Positions 27,063 through 37,950 of a stretch of 64,000 bases of DNA are shown here, one piece after another. The notes beneath the pieces are model-generated. The model ran no database searches. It saw nothing but the letters and a program-made list of their open reading frames with translations, and had not been told where the DNA came from. The stretch is taken from the IMG/VR virus record IMGVR_UViG_3300048598_000287, positions 213,198 through 277,197 of that record; one strand, written 5' to 3'. Numbering within the stretch: the stretch's first letter is position 1; every line of letters begins with the position of its first letter. A program made the translations under genes and the position numbers. This stretch comes from a virus (Duplodnaviria; Caudoviricetes).

Positions 27063-28442
27063 ATGTCGGCAAAACTTGAACTTTATAAATATACAGGAAA
27101 GGATGGCGATTTTGGCACTCATGTGGAAAGTCTTGGCATAAAAAGAATAGATACCTGTGTGCCTTCGGTATATTCTTCGGAAGCTCTTGACGGGGATACA
27201 AAGCCATCTGATGATGCAAGTGATTGTTCCACCTATTGTATATACCGTCCTGATTCTCCAGAATGTAAAGCCTATTCATTCGAATGTGTTTTTAAACTGG
27301 TTCTGAAGGATGCTCCTGATTACCAGCTTAGCAATGTCAGACTTTATCCTGTTGGTCCAAGACCGGCAGGAGACGATACCGCTCGCTTATATATAGGTAA
27401 TTCAGTTGATTATCATAAACCCACCAATAGTAAGTCAGCTCTTGCCATAAATGACATATGGGAATATTCAAAGGATAATCCGTTTTATCTTACGGTGGCA
27501 GGAAATTCCGGGCAGATTCTGGATTACCGCATAACGGATACTTCATACAATGTAGAATGGAAGGATTTCGGATATGGAAATGTTATGGTTCTTAATGGGG
27601 TTAGACAGCCCATGATACCAGTAGCTAACAGGCAAGATGGAATTCCTGCTGACGTCGTGTTTAAAAATCATACTTTTATGAAAGAAAATGCTGATTTCAT
27701 ATGGTTTGCAGATCCGTCCACCGGAGAAAATATAACGGATGCAATTTCCAAAACGCAGGTGATAGATGGAATTCAGACTACCACCGTTAGTGTGGGAATA
27801 GACATCATGGCAAAATATCCAGGCGGAATAGTATATTTTATACCTCATGCCGCAGAAACCACCGGTTATTTTATGAACTGGGCGGTTATGCCTTCGCAGG
27901 CGCTTCCTGGCGGGAAAATAGTTGACAAGATCATTGAAACGCATGATGTTACAGTATCATGCGATGCATTTGGAAATCCTGCGTATTTTATAGACGGATC
28001 CATTAGACCGATGATAACTCTTTCTCCTGGAGTTATATATCGATATTTAAACCATTCAGGAGATGCTTTTCCTATGAGATTTTTGAAGGATGGAAGAATT
28101 CCTTCTGCAGATAATGTGGATAATGTTGCTACCGACGGTATAAATGTTCTTAATGGTGGTACTGATCAGGAAGAAATATTTATTGATCCTGAAGTGACAA
28201 TAAAGCATGCCGCTAGAATATCGGCATATCAGGCAGTATGTGGAGTAGGACTTGGAAATATGGTATTCGTTCATCCAGTATGCATGATAGGAAATTACAA
28301 TATATGCCGTCCTATGGGGTCCATATACAATCCTATGCTTGCTGGAGAGACGGATTACGTATATCTTCAGCTTGAAATAGATGGAAGCACTCATCCAGGA
28401 TACTGCGTCCCTGATATAAAGATTGAATATGATGAGAATTAA
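27063..28442 (+). CDS. Putative virion structural protein
   Basis: AGGAGG RBS; beta-rich; internal repeat VLNGVRQPMIPV / FIDGSIRPMITL. Confidence 0.55.
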   Translation: MSAKLELYKYTGKDGDFGTHVESLGIKRIDTCVPSVYSSEALDGDTKPSDDASDCSTYCIYRPDSPECKAYSFECVFKLVLKDAPDYQLSNVRLYPVGPRPAGDDTARLYIGNSVDYHKPTNSKSALAINDIWEYSKDNPFYLTVAGNSGQILDYRITDTSYNVEWKDFGYGNVMVLNGVRQPMIPVANRQDGIPADVVFKNHTFMKENADFIWFADPSTGENITDAISKTQVIDGIQTTTVSVGIDIMAKYPGGIVYFIPHAAETTGYFMNWAVMPSQALPGGKIVDKIIETHDVTVSCDAFGNPAYFIDGSIRPMITLSPGVIYRYLNHSGDAFPMRFLKDGRIPSADNVDNVATDGINVLNGGTDQEEIFIDPEVTIKHAARISAYQAVCGVGLGNMVFVHPVCMIGNYNICRPMGSIYNPMLAGETDYVYLQLEIDGSTHPGYCVPDIKIEYDEN

Positions 28443-28464
28443 TTTTCTGGTTAAACTCAAAGAG

Positions 28465-28473
28465 TATAAACTA
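28465..28473 (+). promoter_or_regulatory. Late-promoter-like motif TATAAACTA
   Basis: Exact motif upstream of the 28505 gene. Confidence 0.75.
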
Positions 28474-28504
28474 TGTGTATATGAATCGTTTTATGAGGAA
28501 CAAA

Positions 28505-30085
28505 ATGACTAACGATAACAAAAAGCCAACAGTGATGGAGTTGAATTACGCATTTGACTCATCGCCGGTGATGTTTGAGTCTATTATGAATGAAGCCCCA
28601 GTTCAGTATGGCCCACAGGAACTGGAAGGCGATACGGTGACAACGCCAGAAGGCGACGAGGTCGTTGATCCTCGTGGCATAATGGATGTCAATGTATCGG
28701 CTCCTATTCAGTCAGGTCCGGTATTCAATTCTGACGTGGAGCCGATTTCCAATGAAGATGGCGATAAGTATATGAATGAGTTTGAGGACTATATACAGAA
28801 CCTTCATAAGATAGAGATTTCTGATGAAGACCTTGATGTAGCCGGAGCAACTATTCAGATGCTTAATAACACGCGTCAGGATGTTACCGGATTTATCCGT
28901 CAGCAGATTGCCGATGCCACCGCTCGTCTAAATACCCAGAACAGCAATCCGGCTATGCCGGACGGTGTTTCTTCCGATATGACAGGAGAAGGAAGGCTTC
29001 CCTCTGATACGGTTGATAACAATACGGGTGTTTCTGCCGGTGGTGAGCTTAACGGATCCGTAGCTGAACCGTCCGCTGACATTGGCGGAATGGAAGTAAA
29101 ACCGACAACTCATCTTACCCCTGAACCGGATGAACAGAGTCCGTCCGAACAGGTTAGCGGACTTGAGAATGTCGATCTCGGGCTTGGAGGAGGCGAACCT
29201 AATGTAGAACCGTCTACCGGAGATGCCGGTGCGGGAGAATCAGCTACGGAAGGTGTTCCTTCTGGAGAAGCCGAACCGTCTACTGAAACCAATATACCTA
29301 CCGATGAAGGCACAGCAGAAACGGAATCAGGATCGGATGATACGGATAATTATGATCCATTTAAGGATTTGACATCTGATGAATCAACCGAGCCAAAGTC
29401 CGCCGAACCAAAGGTAGAAGATACTAAATCCGAGGAAACTTCAGGAGAAACAGAACCTCCCGCCAAGGATGAAGAAAATGCCCCCGATAAAGAAAAGTCT
29501 GAAAAAAAAGAAGAACCGCCTGATAATGAAGATACCGACAAAGAAAAGAAAGACACGGCTCTTACTGAATCTGTAGAAGCCGCCAGAAAGAGCTTTTCTG
29601 CTAAGCTTGAATCAATCCTGGATGATTATAGAAAGAGAAAGTCAATCCGCAATGCTAAGATTCAGTGTGAATCTATCGTAGCTAATGCGAATAAGAAGCT
29701 TGCTGATTCTGATCATGCCATAATGGATAATTCAGCTAATGAAAAATCGACCAAGATCAAGGCTAAATGCGAATCAATTATCAAGGCATATAATGATTCA
29801 ACGAAGGAAAAGGACCTTACCGCCAAACTGGAATCCATCATATATAATTATAAGGCAACTAAAGAGGCGGAAGCAAAAAAGCCGAGCGCTGCAGTAAAGC
29901 CAATTAATGAAGCCGCCGAGATGTCCGCATTGAAGGCAAAATGCGAGTCCATCATATCTCGTGCAACCCGTTATGACAAGCTTACCGCTAAATGTGAATC
30001 GATCGTCAATGGATATCGTGCAACGGAATCTAACGCCGAGGCAGCGAAGAAAATAATCGATAAATATAATGCGACATTGGCATAA
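28505..30085 (+). CDS. Acidic low-complexity protein with (K/Q)(L/C)ESI repeats, candidate prohead core/internal protein
   Basis: ATG at 28505 with GAGGA RBS (the track starts at 28475). Six (K/Q)(L/C)ESI(I/V/L) repeats in the C-terminus. Confidence 0.6.
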   Translation: MTNDNKKPTVMELNYAFDSSPVMFESIMNEAPVQYGPQELEGDTVTTPEGDEVVDPRGIMDVNVSAPIQSGPVFNSDVEPISNEDGDKYMNEFEDYIQNLHKIEISDEDLDVAGATIQMLNNTRQDVTGFIRQQIADATARLNTQNSNPAMPDGVSSDMTGEGRLPSDTVDNNTGVSAGGELNGSVAEPSADIGGMEVKPTTHLTPEPDEQSPSEQVSGLENVDLGLGGGEPNVEPSTGDAGAGESATEGVPSGEAEPSTETNIPTDEGTAETESGSDDTDNYDPFKDLTSDESTEPKSAEPKVEDTKSEETSGETEPPAKDEENAPDKEKSEKKEEPPDNEDTDKEKKDTALTESVEAARKSFSAKLESILDDYRKRKSIRNAKIQCESIVANANKKLADSDHAIMDNSANEKSTKIKAKCESIIKAYNDSTKEKDLTAKLESIIYNYKATKEAEAKKPSAAVKPINEAAEMSALKAKCESIISRATRYDKLTAKCESIVNGYRATESNAEAAKKIIDKYNATLA

Positions 30086-30110
30086 CTGAAGAATGATTCA
30101 TATATTGATG

Positions 30111-30137
30111 AAACGGCGGGCAATACCCGCCGTTTTT
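30111..30137 (+). terminator. Rho-independent terminator
   Basis: AAACGGCGGG-CAATA-CCCGCCGTTTTT. Confidence 0.88.
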
Positions 30138-30164
30138 GTATTAATCCAAAATATCGCAAATCAT

Positions 30165-30173
30165 TATAAACTA
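30165..30173 (+). promoter_or_regulatory. Late-promoter-like motif TATAAACTA
   Basis: Exact motif upstream of the baseplate operon. Confidence 0.8.
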
Positions 30174-30184
30174 GTTATGAAATA

Positions 30185-32803
30185 ATGGCGGATATCATGG
30201 CAAACAGCATTTCACGAAAATATACCAATATATCATATGATGACATACGCGATAACCTGATAACGATATTGAAGGCAAAGGGCGGGAGACTTGCCGATTA
30301 TAGCACATCATCGTATGGACGTATGCTGCTAGAGATGTTCTCTGGAACTGCCGATCTTATGGCATATTTTGCTGAAAGTTCATTTAACAATGCTTTTTTG
30401 GAAACGGCATATAGCGATCCGGCCATTTATGCCGGTGCAAGAATGCTAGGATATAGTATCCGGCGTCCGGTTCCTGCTAAAACCGCATTTGCGATCCAGA
30501 CAAAAAAGACAGGCGTATATGGAAAGATAAAAGTGTATATACCTATGGGAACACAATTCAATCTAGGAACAAGCATAATAACCGCGGTTACTGACAGCGA
30601 ATGGGTATATGACCGGAATGAAGACACCGGGGAGACTGGGCTTCTTACGTTAAGTTCTGGGAATTGCGTATGTGCGGAAGGATATTTCAAGACGGTGAAT
30701 TTTGTATCTTCAGGGACGCAGAATCAGTCATTTATAATTCCTGATACCGGATTCAGCGATTATTTCGGGGATAATGATCCAAACTATACGGATGATCACC
30801 TATTTGAAGAAAGAAAAAATTCATTCACATCAGTCACTACAGATGCTTCACTGGTCGATAATTTTGACAGCACTGATGCTATAAATGGAAATATTTATTG
30901 GAGGATATCCAGACGCGGAATAACTGATCCGACAACGGAAAATACGGTGAATGATATAGAGGCCTTTGTTGACGGAGAAAATTTTACCACTAATTATACA
31001 TCTCTTATTGAAACATCAAATGACGGTTATGTTCAGATGAAATTCGGGGATGGCCTCAAATCTGCCATACCTTATGGCGAAATTGTGGTAAAATATTTTT
31101 ACACCAATGGCGAAGCAGGAAATCTTATAAATGTTTCCGGGACTAAAATAACCCCCTATAAAACCAGCATTCATATAAGAAATGAATATGAGAACGAATC
31201 TGATATAACGCTTGACGATTTGACATTTGCCTTGACGACAGATCTTAAGGGAGGACTTAACATTGAATCCAAGGAATCTGTCAGGATTAATGCCCCGGCT
31301 ATATACAGTACCCTTGACCGATTGGTTAATAAGCTTAGCTATCAGATATTCCTTAGTAGATATGCAGATATAAAATACGCGAACGCGTTTGGTGAAGATG
31401 TGCTTAACACCAAACTTCCGGACGGTACACTTGACATAAAATACATGAATCAGGTCCGGTTTACTGCAATAAAGGATTTATATCGGCTTAAAGATGAAAA
31501 GTATTATCCTACTGCTCCTGATGAATATTTTCTTTCCGGCTTCAAGGTAAACGGACTGATGTATATATGGCAATATGACAATCAGACTATGCCAAACAAG
31601 ACAAGCGCGTATAAATTCCGTACTGCCATGGAAGACATGGTTACCACATTATCGTCTAAACTGGTTAAGTCTCTCGGGACTACATATGATGGCACTGCAT
31701 CCGACATGAAATCTCTTATTATGGATTCTATGTCCGGTACATATGATGATATCACTGTTTTACCTTATATAGACACAGTTTTCGGCGTAAAATTTACCCC
31801 TTATGACTTTGTAGAGTCGGGGAGTGAAATATACAGCATACTTAAAGAACTTACCCGCAGAGGAATGATGACTATAGGATCCGGATATCATCTTTATGTA
31901 TATCCGGTTGTGCATAACTATAAGATAAAGATGGATCTAGTACTTTTCCGTGGAAATAATTTCAGCGATATAAAGGATAAGATAAAATATAGCGTATATA
32001 AATATTTAAAGGAAAGCACGGATTTCCGCACTGGCATATATAGGTCAAAAATTGCACACCTAGTTCATACTTTTCCAGAGGTTGCCGGTGTTAACGTGAC
32101 ATTCGAGGCAGCAAATGATACATATTCCGGTCTTGACCTGACTTCTCTTACATGGCTAGGCGATGCAACCGGCGAATATATATCATCCGGATCAATAAGT
32201 CTTAATGGATTCGACATATCGCTTGATTATACTCATAAAGCTTCCGGTAAGTCATCATATGCGGAAACCCTTATGTTTTCCGTGGGCGGGCAGACTGAGA
32301 ATGCGGCGTTGATAACGGCATATTATAAGAAATATCTAGCTACAGTGTCGAATGATTCATATGTGATAAAGAGCGGTATAACTGAAGATGACATTGACAA
32401 ATTTGTCGCGTATATATGGAACCTTCTAATGCAGTCCATGATGAAACCTATATATCAGATATATAAGGATACCAGGAGCACGGGAGATCTTGACAAGGCT
32501 AACCGATATTATGACGTGATAGAAGCGATAAAGGGATGGTCAATAAGTTCATCAGGCACCCTGGAATTCATAGAAACCGATAATATAAAATCCATGACGG
32601 AAACCGGAGGAAAATACATGTATGATTACATACGGTATGGGCTGGAATATGTGAAGCTCGTTCGTAATGTCCTTCTATACAAGGTGGCCACCGGTGTAAT
32701 TGACTCTGATGGAAACATAACTAATTATTCAATGGATAACGAGATAGCACAATGTGAGATTCTTCCTGAAGACATAACGATTTCATATGATAACAATGTA
32801 TAG
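30185..32803 (+). CDS. gp6: Baseplate wedge subunit (T4 gp6 / baseplate J-like)
   Basis: SYDDIRDNL, NAFLETA, ARMLGY, MKFGDG, YFYTNGEAGN, GGLNIESKESVRINAP, RLVNKLSY. Confidence 0.85.
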   Translation: MADIMANSISRKYTNISYDDIRDNLITILKAKGGRLADYSTSSYGRMLLEMFSGTADLMAYFAESSFNNAFLETAYSDPAIYAGARMLGYSIRRPVPAKTAFAIQTKKTGVYGKIKVYIPMGTQFNLGTSIITAVTDSEWVYDRNEDTGETGLLTLSSGNCVCAEGYFKTVNFVSSGTQNQSFIIPDTGFSDYFGDNDPNYTDDHLFEERKNSFTSVTTDASLVDNFDSTDAINGNIYWRISRRGITDPTTENTVNDIEAFVDGENFTTNYTSLIETSNDGYVQMKFGDGLKSAIPYGEIVVKYFYTNGEAGNLINVSGTKITPYKTSIHIRNEYENESDITLDDLTFALTTDLKGGLNIESKESVRINAPAIYSTLDRLVNKLSYQIFLSRYADIKYANAFGEDVLNTKLPDGTLDIKYMNQVRFTAIKDLYRLKDEKYYPTAPDEYFLSGFKVNGLMYIWQYDNQTMPNKTSAYKFRTAMEDMVTTLSSKLVKSLGTTYDGTASDMKSLIMDSMSGTYDDITVLPYIDTVFGVKFTPYDFVESGSEIYSILKELTRRGMMTIGSGYHLYVYPVVHNYKIKMDLVLFRGNNFSDIKDKIKYSVYKYLKESTDFRTGIYRSKIAHLVHTFPEVAGVNVTFEAANDTYSGLDLTSLTWLGDATGEYISSGSISLNGFDISLDYTHKASGKSSYAETLMFSVGGQTENAALITAYYKKYLATVSNDSYVIKSGITEDDIDKFVAYIWNLLMQSMMKPIYQIYKDTRSTGDLDKANRYYDVIEAIKGWSISSSGTLEFIETDNIKSMTETGGKYMYDYIRYGLEYVKLVRNVLLYKVATGVIDSDGNITNYSMDNEIAQCEILPEDITISYDNNV

Positions 32804-32811
32804 AGGATACC

Positions 32812-35800
32812 ATGGCAACTAATCCAATAGCAATAAATGCGTGTGGAAAATTCAGATTTATCGATTTCATGAACTATATCCCGGATTTTCTTAAAGAAGA
32901 AAAGGACGTGGTCACTCTGATGCAGATATTCAGCGATTATCTGAATAATGCATACCGTAACATAGAAGATTCCACCAAGTTCACTTTCAGTTTTCTCACG
33001 ACCGAATCAATGATGAAGACATGTAAATCCGGGGTAGACGATCTGGTAAATAAGCTTTCGGCATGCTCCGATAATGACCTATATGTATATTATCTTTCCA
33101 TGCCACGCACAAACGTAAATTCTAATTCCATCGAGAAACTTTCTTATGCAACGGCGTCGATATATTATGATGGATCCATGAAGGATATATTGCCTATAAA
33201 TATCGTCACTGACACACTTTCCACTTCTATATCTGATGGAGATGTCCTGTATATAAAATTCAATGATGGAAATACGTATCCATATTATGTAAATATGACT
33301 GATGGGACAATAGTCATAGAGCAAAAAAGATATTCTCAGGATCCATTTAAATCAACGCTCAATGTGATGATCGATGGCTCTCCGAGAATAGTGAAGTTCA
33401 TTCCTAAAGATGTAGGAGAAACGATATCATCATATGTCGGACAGCTAGGAGAAGTGGATATATATGAAATAAAATTTGATCTGACGATAAATACGGTCGA
33501 AAACGCGGCTTCTCATTATGTAAAGACTATAGGAAACGAATCCGTTGAGATAGATCTTTTCGGATACACCAGTGGAAACCATGGGGCGTATTCTGATTAT
33601 GTAAAGATTCCTTACATGAATGATAAATCCATATTTGAGTGGCGTGATGGAAATCCTACTGGCGTATTTTATTTCAGCGATCTGTATGAATTTGAAAATG
33701 GCACCGATTCATCAATATACAAGGAATACCATATAGATAAGATGTATGTGACTGGCGATGGGTATACATGTTATCTTACGCTGTCCAGCGCCCCGTCGTT
33801 TGCCGTAAATGATACATTTCGCATAGACAGCAGTGAAATAATAGGAACAAGCGCATCAGCTGATGTCACTCTTTATGGTGAATATACAGTAAGAAACATC
33901 ATAGGAAACGTAGTGATAACATCATTATCAAGCAAATTGGAGAACAGTCCGGTTACTAGAAAAATGACATCATATAATCGGTTGTATAAATATTCGATAA
34001 ATTATGCAAGGTCGGAATATGATGTTACATCGATAACACCCATGCTTAAATGGAGCCGGTTAGATTCCATAGGAACGCCATCTATATTATCCGGCGATAG
34101 ATTATATACATATGATGCCATCGAAAATAAACAGATAGGATATCTTACATTTTCTGATATTTTTCAGTATGAGACAGGTACTTCCGGATCCGATATCATA
34201 TATAAGAATGTGGTGTCTAAATATATACACATTCCATCTGCCATGAAACTTGATACATTCTCTCCTGTATATATGGAATATTGCCCATACATAAGTACAT
34301 TATCAGCGGAAGAAAAGGCTTGGATAACGGCAAACGCTGGATATTTAAACCAGCCGGTTTCTGGATATGATTCATCGGCGGACAAAATGCTTTTCCGTCT
34401 TCTTATGGACAACTCAAATGTAGGATTCAAGATAAGCGGGGCCACCATAACAAAAGCGGTTGCCGATAAGATCCGACTTAAAGTATATTCTATAAATGGA
34501 GCATTTGGAACGGCATATACCGCAACGGCAGATAATACGGACGCAGTCATTTTTTCAAAATCAATTCCTGAATCGGGCGATATTTGCCTGCTATCGAGAA
34601 TTGTCCTTGATACAGAGGCATCTGCGTATTCCACTAAGACAAAGATTAGCAAAATATACAATGTAGTCACCGTTGAACAGATGGATAGTGCTTCCGGAAA
34701 ATATCATGTATATTTTTCTGATAGCATTCCAGAAGACCCTACTAACACATTATCTTCATTTATAAGTGTATCATTTCTTAAACGTTCAGAAGATGCCGCC
34801 ATGGCGGTTGCCGACGGTACCATAACTGACTTATATTTATATTGCAAATATGTATACGGGGATATATATAGTCATGATTATTGGATGTCTGATTCCGGAC
34901 AATTTGCATTAAAATGTGCATATACCGATGAGCTTGGTAATGTGTCGGATATAGTGAAATTTTCGCTGGGAAATCAATATTCTGCAGGGGATCTTGTTTA
35001 CCGTGATGATAAGAAAAAAGTATATAAGGTAATGCTAGAAATAACGGGTACGGAGACCTTGATGGAGATAACCGAGAAGGGATTGATGTATCCATATATG
35101 TATAATGTGGCAAAGATAGGAACGAAGACGGTTTATAATGATTATATGAAAGGCATATATAAGGCAGGATCACTAACATATGGGAAATCCCCAGATCTTT
35201 CAGAATATTCTGATTATTCTAATGCAATGAGCACGTTTTTTTCCGCTAAGGCGGAAGACAATTCTCTTATTTTTGGATGGAAAGACCGGGAATATCTGCT
35301 TAATCATGCAAATTACAATACGGAAGGAAAGGCAAGGAATGGATTTGCCGAATTTTATACCACAGGCGAAGAATATGACATCGTTTTGAAGAATTTGGAA
35401 TACTATTCGATAGCAACTACCATTCCTGATGAGGGGGTGTTACTTAAAGGATTGACAAATGAAATATCAGAAACGTCTTCAAGTTACATAACGGCTGCCA
35501 GACAGACGGATGGCTCATATATTGTAAGCGTAAGGATTGATAGCCATGGATTTCCTGATAATTCGCGCATTCGGGTTTCCGGAGCAGGAACGTCAGACTA
35601 TTTTGTATTTGACACTCCGGATAATGAATTTGATGTGATAACGGTAGTTGATAAGAATAATTTCACATTCGCTAGAGAATCCGATTGCCTTGATGACATG
35701 GTTCAGGGAAATACCGGATTCCAGGTAACTTATTACCGGTCAATTTATAATCCAGTTACCACGGCGGCATATTATTTTTCCGCTGATTCAACGCATTCTG

Positions 35801-37950
35801 CAAATTATCTATACATTACCACAAAATATCCTCATGGATATTCGACTTATTCAAAAGTAACCCTTATAAATATGCCGACAACGGCAGAAAATGCAGGATG
35901 GATATCTAATTCAATCAATACTGATCATAACATAAATAAGATAGTCAATGATTATACATATGCCATTTATCTAGATCCGTCTAACGTTCCGGTACGGATG
36001 TCATCCGGTGTGCTTAAATACACTACCGGAACAACTACAAATAATAATCAGCTATATGATTCATATTCAGTTGAGTATCCTGAGGATGGTGATGTCATAA
36101 AAATAGGAGATACTTATTATAAGGTTTCTTCTGGGGAATGGGTTCAGCTTTCCGGAGATACTATAGAAACGCCATTCATTATTTATACTCATCAGAATCT
36201 GTTTGATGTAACTTCAACCAATCCGCAAAGCGCAGTAGGGGATAGCAATGAGATAGAATCCATAATATTTGATGGAATTGATGAAGTAACCGTTATAGTT
36301 AGAAACACAATGGATCTTTATGCTGGGAAGAGCTGTGTGTATGTCCATGATGTGTATCCAATGGCATATAATGGCAGGTTTGTAGTTAATTCAGTATTGA
36401 CACCAAGAATGTTTACGTATAAGGTTTCTCCAGGAAAAATAACGGAAACTAAAGGAAGAACCATAAATAACGGAAAGATGAAATGTGAGGAAGGAAAATG
36501 GTTCCGTTATGAAGTTAGCGAAGTCGAACTTAGTAGGAAATCCGTATATGACATATATAAATATGGAAAGAAAACGGTGAATCACATAACTGACATTGCA
36601 ACGGATAATTATATAGCCACTGAATCGGCACATGGGCTGAATGCAGGGGATGGAATAGTTATATATAAAGACGGCGCATATGTCAACGCCGTTGTCGATA
36701 CGGTTATTTCTAAAAATTCTTTCAGTTATCTTGGGGCTCCTGACGGGGATTATTCTGGAGGATATGTATTCAAGGGAATATATATAGCGGCTTCCACTCA
36801 TGCGGATGACGTTAATCCATCCGGACTATATTCACAATATATAGCTTCGCTTGACCGGACATATACGTTTTCGGAAGGCGACATCGTGTTCGCTAATGAT
36901 AATTTGGCTGACGACATGCCTAAGACATATATAGCTAGGGAAGGAATATGGACTCCATGTACGGAAAAGCGTATAATGAAGATACATAAGATAGACATAG
37001 ATAAATATCATAACGCAGCATGGGATACTGCTGATACACTGGTTGATATCGATGAATACATATATCGCCCATATTCTTATCCTGAAGTGGTTGCACAGAT
37101 GGGTGTCGATCTTGATGAGGGGGAGAGTTCATATGTTATGCCTTTTCATATCCGTAACTATAATTTTGCCGGACCATATATAGAACATCTTGATAGCACG
37201 GTTCTTCCGGAATATCAGTTCAACTCAAAGAAGGATTATGCTTCTGTGGCGCAGAGAAGCGATTTTTCGGATACTGATTTCAAGGGTATTCCGGACATGA
37301 AATATCCCCTTGTAGAAAAACTTGAACGTCTTATCTATCTCCGTGATGCCCAGGTGATAGATTATGATCTTATAGGATATCTTGCCAGATTCATGGGATA
37401 TGACATAACTGATGCTAAAAATGAGATTGAGGCAAGTATAATGTACAGAACCCCGGAGGATAAAGAGAAAGCCGTCAGGGAGACCGTATCTAACTTGCCG
37501 CAGGTTTATACGCTTGGCGGAACACAGTCCGGATTAGAAATGCTTCTTGAAACTTTTGGCGTTGTTGCGGATGTTATAGTAAAATGGACAAATACAGAAT
37601 CACCATATGGCGAACTGATAAACGAGGATGATGTAAGGGCAAGGCAGGATGCCGATTATGAAAACGGAAAGTATGGCAACTGGGTCCCTACACCTCATGT
37701 AGCAGTTAAAATAAGTGCCACTGAAAACTATAAGAATGGAATGATAGATGACGCGTCATACGTCACTTTAATAAAGAACATAAAAGCATTTAAACCTATT
37801 CAGACGGTTTTTGACGAGTTCATAAAATATGTAGAAGCGGATAGGGGAAAAATATATGTTAGTAATGCATCATTCATAACGTCAGGACGGATGAGCATTA
37901 ACATGAATTGTGAAATCGATCCAGAAGATGAATCAGGAATATGCGGGTAG
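32812..37950 (+). CDS. Large baseplate wedge protein (gp7-like)
   Basis: Follows gp6. N-terminal YIPDFLKE, C-terminal LARFMGY...YTLGGTQSGLEMLL...FKPIQTVF, internal HGF/HGY/HGL beta modules. Confidence 0.6.
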   Translation: MATNPIAINACGKFRFIDFMNYIPDFLKEEKDVVTLMQIFSDYLNNAYRNIEDSTKFTFSFLTTESMMKTCKSGVDDLVNKLSACSDNDLYVYYLSMPRTNVNSNSIEKLSYATASIYYDGSMKDILPINIVTDTLSTSISDGDVLYIKFNDGNTYPYYVNMTDGTIVIEQKRYSQDPFKSTLNVMIDGSPRIVKFIPKDVGETISSYVGQLGEVDIYEIKFDLTINTVENAASHYVKTIGNESVEIDLFGYTSGNHGAYSDYVKIPYMNDKSIFEWRDGNPTGVFYFSDLYEFENGTDSSIYKEYHIDKMYVTGDGYTCYLTLSSAPSFAVNDTFRIDSSEIIGTSASADVTLYGEYTVRNIIGNVVITSLSSKLENSPVTRKMTSYNRLYKYSINYARSEYDVTSITPMLKWSRLDSIGTPSILSGDRLYTYDAIENKQIGYLTFSDIFQYETGTSGSDIIYKNVVSKYIHIPSAMKLDTFSPVYMEYCPYISTLSAEEKAWITANAGYLNQPVSGYDSSADKMLFRLLMDNSNVGFKISGATITKAVADKIRLKVYSINGAFGTAYTATADNTDAVIFSKSIPESGDICLLSRIVLDTEASAYSTKTKISKIYNVVTVEQMDSASGKYHVYFSDSIPEDPTNTLSSFISVSFLKRSEDAAMAVADGTITDLYLYCKYVYGDIYSHDYWMSDSGQFALKCAYTDELGNVSDIVKFSLGNQYSAGDLVYRDDKKKVYKVMLEITGTETLMEITEKGLMYPYMYNVAKIGTKTVYNDYMKGIYKAGSLTYGKSPDLSEYSDYSNAMSTFFSAKAEDNSLIFGWKDREYLLNHANYNTEGKARNGFAEFYTTGEEYDIVLKNLEYYSIATTIPDEGVLLKGLTNEISETSSSYITAARQTDGSYIVSVRIDSHGFPDNSRIRVSGAGTSDYFVFDTPDNEFDVITVVDKNNFTFARESDCLDDMVQGNTGFQVTYYRSIYNPVTTAAYYFSADSTHSANYLYITTKYPHGYSTYSKVTLINMPTTAENAGWISNSINTDHNINKIVNDYTYAIYLDPSNVPVRMSSGVLKYTTGTTTNNNQLYDSYSVEYPEDGDVIKIGDTYYKVSSGEWVQLSGDTIETPFIIYTHQNLFDVTSTNPQSAVGDSNEIESIIFDGIDEVTVIVRNTMDLYAGKSCVYVHDVYPMAYNGRFVVNSVLTPRMFTYKVSPGKITETKGRTINNGKMKCEEGKWFRYEVSEVELSRKSVYDIYKYGKKTVNHITDIATDNYIATESAHGLNAGDGIVIYKDGAYVNAVVDTVISKNSFSYLGAPDGDYSGGYVFKGIYIAASTHADDVNPSGLYSQYIASLDRTYTFSEGDIVFANDNLADDMPKTYIAREGIWTPCTEKRIMKIHKIDIDKYHNAAWDTADTLVDIDEYIYRPYSYPEVVAQMGVDLDEGESSYVMPFHIRNYNFAGPYIEHLDSTVLPEYQFNSKKDYASVAQRSDFSDTDFKGIPDMKYPLVEKLERLIYLRDAQVIDYDLIGYLARFMGYDITDAKNEIEASIMYRTPEDKEKAVRETVSNLPQVYTLGGTQSGLEMLLETFGVVADVIVKWTNTESPYGELINEDDVRARQDADYENGKYGNWVPTPHVAVKISATENYKNGMIDDASYVTLIKNIKAFKPIQTVFDEFIKYVEADRGKIYVSNASFITSGRMSINMNCEIDPEDESGICG

